Assembly (NCBI GenBank): GCA_035263845.1 | Contig: DATFQY010000191.1 | Coordinates: forward strand, 37-64,036 | DNA: 64,000 bases | DNA from: Thermoanaerobaculia bacterium | GTDB lineage: Bacteria > Acidobacteriota > Thermoanaerobaculia > UBA5066 > Gp7-AA6 | Direction: 5' to 3' | Notes under the pieces: generated by a model | Told to the model about the DNA's origin: nothing | Seen by the model: only the letters and a program-made list of their open reading frames with translations | Database searches by the model: none | Position numbers and translations under genes: made by a program | Part shown: one piece after another, positions 59,003 to 64,000 of the stretch | Layout: every line of letters starts with the position of its first letter | How positions within the stretch are numbered: position 1 is the first letter of the stretch

Positions 59003-59653
59003 TCAGATCCGCTGAGGGATCGTGAGGGGGATGCGGGAAGGAGAGACGGGACGAAACGTTTCTGCCGGCTCGCGCGGGGCGGTTCGGAGAAGATGAGGAG
59101 ACCGGCGGGAGGATCCGACGCCCGGGAAACGCGCCGGGAAACCGGCCGCGGCGTCGCGGGGCATCGCCATCAGGCGTTCGGAGTCGGCGCAAAGGCCGTC
59201 GGGAGGGAGCGGAGTCAGGCCTTCCGTCTCCTCGCTCTCCTCGTCGGTCTCGAGCCAGATCTCGCCGGACTTCCATCTCACCACGGCCTTGCCGGGTGTC
59301 GGATCCGGGCGCAGCCGGAACGTCGCTCCCCGAAAGGTCAGGGTTTCCCTGCCGTCCATTCCGACGCGCAGGGCGAGGCACGCCTCGTCGGAGACGAGGC
59401 TGGGAACCCGCCAGAAAAAGGAGCTGGATCTGGGGGCGAGCTCCTCGGTCAGCCGCAGGGGAAACGTCCGTCCGCCGTCCACGGACAGGAGCAGCTCGAC
59501 CTCCCGGGCGGCCGCGGGAATTCCCGACCACCGGATCTCGACGAGCTGCCCGCCCTGGACCACCGATCCGGCGGCGGGCGCGGAAAGAGCGCCCTGCCGG
59601 GCTCCCGGCAGCGCCCCTGCCAGGAGAAGGACGAGAAACGACACGCCGCCCAA
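59003..59653 (-). CDS. Hypothetical secreted protein
   Basis: Signal peptide; ORF only. Confidence 0.35.
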   Translation of the reverse strand: MGGVSFLVLLLAGALPGARQGALSAPAAGSVVQGGQLVEIRWSGIPAAAREVELLLSVDGGRTFPLRLTEELAPRSSSFFWRVPSLVSDEACLALRVGMDGRETLTFRGATFRLRPDPTPGKAVVRWKSGEIWLETDEESEETEGLTPLPPDGLCADSERLMAMPRDAAAGFPARFPGVGSSRRSPHLLRTAPREPAETFRPVSPSRIPLTIPQRI

Positions 59654-59792
59654 AGTGATGCGAGAGTAGACCTGACCCTCGAAGCTGTCAATCGGGCGCC
59701 GCCGAAGCGGCAGAGAAAAGGGCCGGTCGCTCGCGCAGCCGGCCCGGCAAGTCGAATCGAATCTGAGCTTAGAAGGTGTGCGTCCAGGCCCG

Positions 59793-60869
59793 CTAGGAGG
59801 AGAGGGTCGCCCCTTCGACGATCGCGACCTTCCTCGAGCCGGCGTCGAGCTCGGCTTCGACGCCCATCGGGATCGTCGCCTTCTCCTTCGTGTGGCCGAA
59901 CACGAGGCCGGCCAGGACCGGCTTGCCCAGCGGCCCGAGGATCTCGTCGAGGATGTCGGAGATCGAGAGGTTGACCTCGTAGCTCGACTTCGCGGCGGTG
60001 CACTCGGTGCACGTGCCCCATACGATCCCGGCGCACTCGTCGAATTTCCCCGCCAGCTTCATCTGGGTCAGCATCCGGTCCACGCGGTACGGCGCTTCTC
60101 CCGTGTCCTCGAGGAAGAGGATTTTCCCCTTCGCGTCGATCTCCCAGGGAGTTCCCATCGTGGTCGAGACGAGCGTCAGGTTGCCGCCCGCGATGGCGCC
60201 CCGCGCCTTGCCGGAAGATACGGCGTGGAGCGGGAACACCGGCCAGTTCGGGTCGTCCTCAGGCGGGTTCGCGAGCTCGCCGATCGGCTCGGCGGAAAAG
60301 ATCGCCTTCTTCAGCGCCGCGAGCGACCAGGAAGGCATGGAGCCCATCGCGACCGGCCCGTGAAAGGTGACGAGGCCGGCCTTCTTCGTGATCGCGAGGT
60401 GGAGGCCCGTGATGTCCGAGTAGCCGAGGAGCACCTTCGGGTTCTTCCGGAGGAGCTCGTAGTCGATCCCGGGAAGGAGCCGCTCGGTTCCATAGCCTCC
60501 CTCCAGGCAGAAGACTCCCGACACCGACGGGTCGGCAAACATCGAGTGGAGGTCTTCGAGCCGCTCCTTCTCGGTCCCGGCCATGTAGCCGTGCCGCGCC
60601 TTCACGTAACGGCCGAGGCGGCATTTCACGCCGAGGACGGCTTCCATCCGCGCCGCGGCCAGATCGACGCGCCAGGTGTCGAAGACATAGGAGGACGGCG
60701 TGATCAGGCCGATCGTGTCGCCCTGCTTCAGCGTCTTCGGCTTGACCATCGGCCGCGAAGCCGCCGCCGACGGAGCGGGAGCCGGAGTCCTCTTCGGGGC
60801 GGCCGCCGCGGAGACGGCCCCGGCCGCGGCGGCGCCGGCGAGCCGGAGGACCTCGCGGCGAGTCTTCAT
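59793..60869 (-). CDS. LD-carboxypeptidase (S66) with Tat signal
   Basis: S66 family, GYSDITGLH...E..H. Confidence 0.75.
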   Translation of the reverse strand: MKTRREVLRLAGAAAAGAVSAAAAPKRTPAPAPSAAASRPMVKPKTLKQGDTIGLITPSSYVFDTWRVDLAAARMEAVLGVKCRLGRYVKARHGYMAGTEKERLEDLHSMFADPSVSGVFCLEGGYGTERLLPGIDYELLRKNPKVLLGYSDITGLHLAITKKAGLVTFHGPVAMGSMPSWSLAALKKAIFSAEPIGELANPPEDDPNWPVFPLHAVSSGKARGAIAGGNLTLVSTTMGTPWEIDAKGKILFLEDTGEAPYRVDRMLTQMKLAGKFDECAGIVWGTCTECTAAKSSYEVNLSISDILDEILGPLGKPVLAGLVFGHTKEKATIPMGVEAELDAGSRKVAIVEGATLSS

Positions 60870-60876
60870 CCGCGGC

Positions 60877-61437
60877 TCAGAAGATCCAGCCGACGGTCAC
60901 GGGCACAAACGTGAAATGGCTTCCCTGGATGAAATTGGGATCCGTCTGGATCTGCATGTAGCGCCCCTCGATGTAGATCGTCCCGGCCGGACCAGCCCCG
61001 AAGGAGATCCCGACCCCCGCGTTCCATCCGAACTTGTCCTGCGAGTTCTCGATCTCGCCGGCCTGCCGCGTCTGGAAGAATTTGACCCTGTAGAAACCGC
61101 CGCCGCCAATCAGATACGGCCGGAACACGATCAGCTTCGGCCCGATGACCAGGTTCGCGGTCGCTCCGCCCACGAGAACGTGCCCGCTCTGCCCCTGGAC
61201 GGTCTTCTCGTTCATGCGCGAATAGATCCCCTCGAACCGCAGTCCTACGATCGGAGCGTTGATCGTGAAAAGGAGCGACCCCTGGTAGCCCGTCTCGTAG
61301 ATGTCTTTCGCGTCCTCGTACGGAAACGCACCTCCCAGCCCGATCCCCCAGTGCATTCCCATGGATCCCTGGCCCTTCGCGGACGCGGCCGCCAGAAAGA
61401 CGACCGCCGCGCAAACGGGGAGGATCCAGCGCCTCAC
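60877..61437 (-). CDS. Outer-membrane beta-barrel protein (OmpW/OmpA-like)
   Basis: Signal peptide, alternating beta-strands, C-terminal Phe. GTG start overlaps the upstream stop. Confidence 0.5.
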   Translation of the reverse strand: MRRWILPVCAAVVFLAAASAKGQGSMGMHWGIGLGGAFPYEDAKDIYETGYQGSLLFTINAPIVGLRFEGIYSRMNEKTVQGQSGHVLVGGATANLVIGPKLIVFRPYLIGGGGFYRVKFFQTRQAGEIENSQDKFGWNAGVGISFGAGPAGTIYIEGRYMQIQTDPNFIQGSHFTFVPVTVGWIF

Positions 61438-63110
61438 TTCGCCGCTAAGGACCTTTTCCGCGCCGCTTCGAACTCGTCGCCCGGCGTCCATACCGGCATG
61501 GTATCCGCGTTCGCGATCCGCAGGCCCAACAAAAACGCGAGCTTCGCGTCCTCGACCGCGCCGGCGAAGTCGTAGCTCTCGCGGTATTCGTCCTTCGGCT
61601 GGTGGTAGACGTTCTTCTCGTAGTTCTCGACCTGCTCGCGCCCGTAGCCGGGAGGCTTGCCGATGACGTCGGTTCCGAACTTCAGGTACGCGGCCGGGAC
61701 CCCGGCCTTGGCGAAATTGAACTGGTCGGAGCGGTAGAAGCGGCCCCGGTCCGGGAACTGGTCGGGGTTGACGACGCGGCCCTGCGTCTTCGCGACGGCG
61801 AGGACGTCGCGGTCCACCGAGGACTTGCCCAGGCCGATCAGCGAGATGTCCCGCGTCCTCCCGAACCAGTTGGCCTCGTCCACGTTGATGTCCACGGCCA
61901 TCTTCGAGGAAGGCACCGGCGGATGCGCGACGAAGTACTCCGATCCGAGAAGGCGCTGCTCCTCGGCCGCCACGAAGGCGAAATACACCGACCGGCGCGG
62001 CCTCTCACGAATCCCGGCGAACGCCTTCGCCACCGACAGGATTGCCGCCACCCCGCTGGCGTTGTCGATCGCGCCGTTGTAGATCGCGTCGTCCTCGGGC
62101 TTTGGCCCGGGCTTGATCCCGAAGTGATCGTGGTGCGCGGTGTAGACGACCGCCTCGGAGGCGAGCTTCGGATCGCGTCCCGGCAGGCGCCCGACGACGT
62201 TGCCCGAATCCCGCCGGACGATCGCGTTCTCCAGGCCGAACGTCAGCTTCACGCCCAGGGAGACCGGCCGGAACGACCGCGACTCGGCCGACCCGCGCAG
62301 CTCGTCCAGGTCCTTGCCGCCGAGCTTCGCGATGGCACGGGAGAGGTCCTCGTCGGCCCACATCCGGATCTGCACGCGCTCGTCTCCCTCGTCGGGCAGC
62401 TCGAAGTTCTCGCCGGACCAGGAGTTCTGCACGACGTGCCACGGGTACCCCGCCGACGGAGTCGTGTGGATGATGATCGCGCCGGCCGCTTTCTTCTTTG
62501 CGGCCATCAGGTACTTGTAGTCCCAGCGCCCGTACCAGAGCCGCGTCTTGCCGGCGAAGAGCTTCGGGTCGTTCTCCGGGTCATTGTTCATGATGAGCAG
62601 GACCTTCCCGGAGAGGTCCGCGTCCTTGAAGTCGTTCCACTGGTACTCGGGCGCGACGATGCCGTAGCCGACGAAGACGACCTCGGCGTCGCGGATCTGC
62701 GCCGACGGCTTCTGGACGCCGGAGAAAGCCACCAGGTTCTCCCCGGGCTTCCCTTCCACCGAGCCGCGCTCGGAGCGAAAGACGGCCGGGCCGGAGAAGG
62801 TCGCCTTCATCCCGACGAGCGGAACTTTCTGGATCCACCCTCCGCCCGGCGCCGCGGGCTCGAGCCCCATGCCCTCGAGCTGCGACTGGATGTAGGCCTC
62901 GGCGAGCGCGTCGCCCCGGGTCGCGGGGCCGCGCCCCTCGAGGAGGTCGGAGGCCAGGAACTTCGTGTGAGCGCGGATCGCCCGCTCAGTGATCGCCGAT
63001 TCCGCGGAAGGCGGCGCCGGGGCCGTCCCCTTCTTGCCGGCGGGGCCGGCAGCGAGCGACGAGGCGAGAACCAGGAACCCGGCGAGAGACCGACCGGCCC
63101 GCCTCGACAC
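61434..63110 (-). CDS. M28 family aminopeptidase with PA domain
   Basis: HHDH and AAEE zinc ligands; signal peptide. Confidence 0.75.
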   Translation of the reverse strand: MSRRAGRSLAGFLVLASSLAAGPAGKKGTAPAPPSAESAITERAIRAHTKFLASDLLEGRGPATRGDALAEAYIQSQLEGMGLEPAAPGGGWIQKVPLVGMKATFSGPAVFRSERGSVEGKPGENLVAFSGVQKPSAQIRDAEVVFVGYGIVAPEYQWNDFKDADLSGKVLLIMNNDPENDPKLFAGKTRLWYGRWDYKYLMAAKKKAAGAIIIHTTPSAGYPWHVVQNSWSGENFELPDEGDERVQIRMWADEDLSRAIAKLGGKDLDELRGSAESRSFRPVSLGVKLTFGLENAIVRRDSGNVVGRLPGRDPKLASEAVVYTAHHDHFGIKPGPKPEDDAIYNGAIDNASGVAAILSVAKAFAGIRERPRRSVYFAFVAAEEQRLLGSEYFVAHPPVPSSKMAVDINVDEANWFGRTRDISLIGLGKSSVDRDVLAVAKTQGRVVNPDQFPDRGRFYRSDQFNFAKAGVPAAYLKFGTDVIGKPPGYGREQVENYEKNVYHQPKDEYRESYDFAGAVEDAKLAFLLGLRIANADTMPVWTPGDEFEAARKRSLAAK

Positions 63111-63118
63111 GCGCCGCT

Positions 63119-64000
63119 CTAGCCTCGCGGCGTCGGCGCCGGCGTCGGCGCCTTCACCGGAGCGCTGCCCGGCGTCTCCGGCTTGGCGAGCGGCCCCTTG
63201 GGGGCCGGCGTCGCCTGGGCGGCCGGCTGCTCCTTCGGAAGCGGCTTTCTCGGCATCATCGCGTCGCGCATCGCCGCGTTATAGACGAAGGTGGCGATGA
63301 CGACCGAGGCCTGCATCAGGTCTTCTTTCACGAGCCGCTCGAAAACGTCCATGTTGGTGTGGTGCGTGCGGGTCTCGTACTCGACCTCGTCCTGGATGAA
63401 CTGGAAGCCCGGCAGCCCGACCGCGTCGAAGGAGAGGTGGTCGGTCCCGCTCGTGTTGCGCATCGTGATCGCGGTGACGCCGAGGTCCTTCAGCGGCTGG
63501 ATCCAGCTCTCGAAGATCGGGACCACGCCGGCGTTCTCCTGCGCGTAGACCCCGCGGATCTTCCCCGTGCCGTTGTCGAGGTTGAAGTACGCCGAGAGCT
63601 TCGCGTGGTCCGGCTTGATCGTGAGGGGCCCGGTCGGCGGCCGAAGAAACGAAGGCATGTCGTCCTCGCCCTGCCTCCCCTCGGGCGGCGCGGGGCGAGA
63701 CGCGAAGTGTTCCGAGACGTACCCGCGGGAGCCCAGCAGGCCCTGCTCTTCCCCGCTCCAGAGCGCGATCCGGATCGTGCGCCGCGGCTTCACGTCGAGC
63801 GCTTTCAGAATCCGCACCGCCTCCATCGTGGCGACGACGCCCGCGCCGTTGTCCGTGGCGCCGGTCCCGCCGTGCCAGGAATCCATGTGGGCGCCGAGCA
63901 TGACGATCTCGCCCTTCTTGTCGGTCCCGGGGATCTCGGCGACCGTGTTGGCCGCCGTCGGCTCGTCGGTGAACTTCGTCTTGAGGTTGATCTCCAGCTC
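63119..64000 (-). CDS. M28 family peptidase (C-terminal part; start lies beyond the window end)
   Basis: GAHMDSW...DNG...[10 protein letters not shown]. Confidence 0.65.
   Translation of the reverse strand, partial: ELEINLKTKFTDEPTAANTVAEIPGTDKKGEIVMLGAHMDSWHGGTGATDNGAGVVATMEAVRILKALDVKPRRTIRIALWSGEEQGLLGSRGYVSEHFASRPAPPEGRQGEDDMPSFLRPPTGPLTIKPDHAKLSAYFNLDNGTGKIRGVYAQENAGVVPIFESWIQPLKDLGVTAITMRNTSGTDHLSFDAVGLPGFQFIQDEVEYETRTHHTNMDVFERLVKEDLMQASVVIATFVYNAAMRDAMMPRKPLPKEQPAAQATPAPKGPLAKPETPGSAPVKAPTPAPTPRG

Overview
This window is a 64 kb, roughly 70% GC, gene-dense chromosomal segment from a Gram-negative bacterium. Codon usage and gene content are compatible with Acidobacteriota, Gemmatimonadota or Myxococcota, but that assignment is weak. 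In order, it contains: a partial CadC/OmpR-type winged-helix regulator; truA; a minus-strand operon purL-purQ-purS plus an MBL-fold hydrolase, dut and an M16 peptidase; a long minus-strand type II secretion / type IV-pilus-like operon (ECF sigma, zinc-finger anti-sigma, Secretin_N protein, GspF, GspE, split GspL/PilMN-like, GspM/PilO-like, GspC/PilP-like, a large secretin with an N-terminal TPR lipoprotein domain and a C-terminal extension, and three GspG-like pseudopilins); an LPS inner-core block (kdtA, lpxK, lpxL-like, two GT9 heptosyltransferases, split hldE, DUF3108) interrupted by an antisense HNH endonuclease; a type IVa pilus block (pilB, pilT, pilC, pilS, pilR); a mixed region (DUF192, BNR repeat protein, XdhC, galU, FmdB, DUF4388, moeA, alpha/beta hydrolase); a ketosynthase / methyltransferase / geranylgeranyl-reductase-like trio next to LolA-like, LolCE-like and LolD-like genes; a vWA-OmpA protein; tRNA-Sec (selC); a VKOR-DsbA fusion; two tandem tRNA-Ala copies, the first with a broken acceptor stem; and a methyltransferase, PhyH-like oxygenase, transglutaminase, APC permease, SDR, glutamine-synthetase-like enzyme and several peptidases and outer-membrane proteins. 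Genes are very tightly packed, with many ATGA, GTGA and TGATG start/stop overlaps. The least explained signal is a set of short AT-richer elements sitting exactly at gene junctions. Each is made of three or four tandem 7-nt repeats, and some are hairpins whose two arms are complementary heptamer arrays. One family, GAAGAAT-(TTTGTGA)n, occurs five times, four of them right after a stop codon and one in-frame inside kdtA. A CCGTAAG/CGGCTCA palindrome occurs twice, CTTGGTC/CTTGGAC arrays occur at two loci, and one ACCTAGG/CCTACCA palindrome lies between pilB and pilT. No CRISPR array, rRNA or obvious transposase is present.
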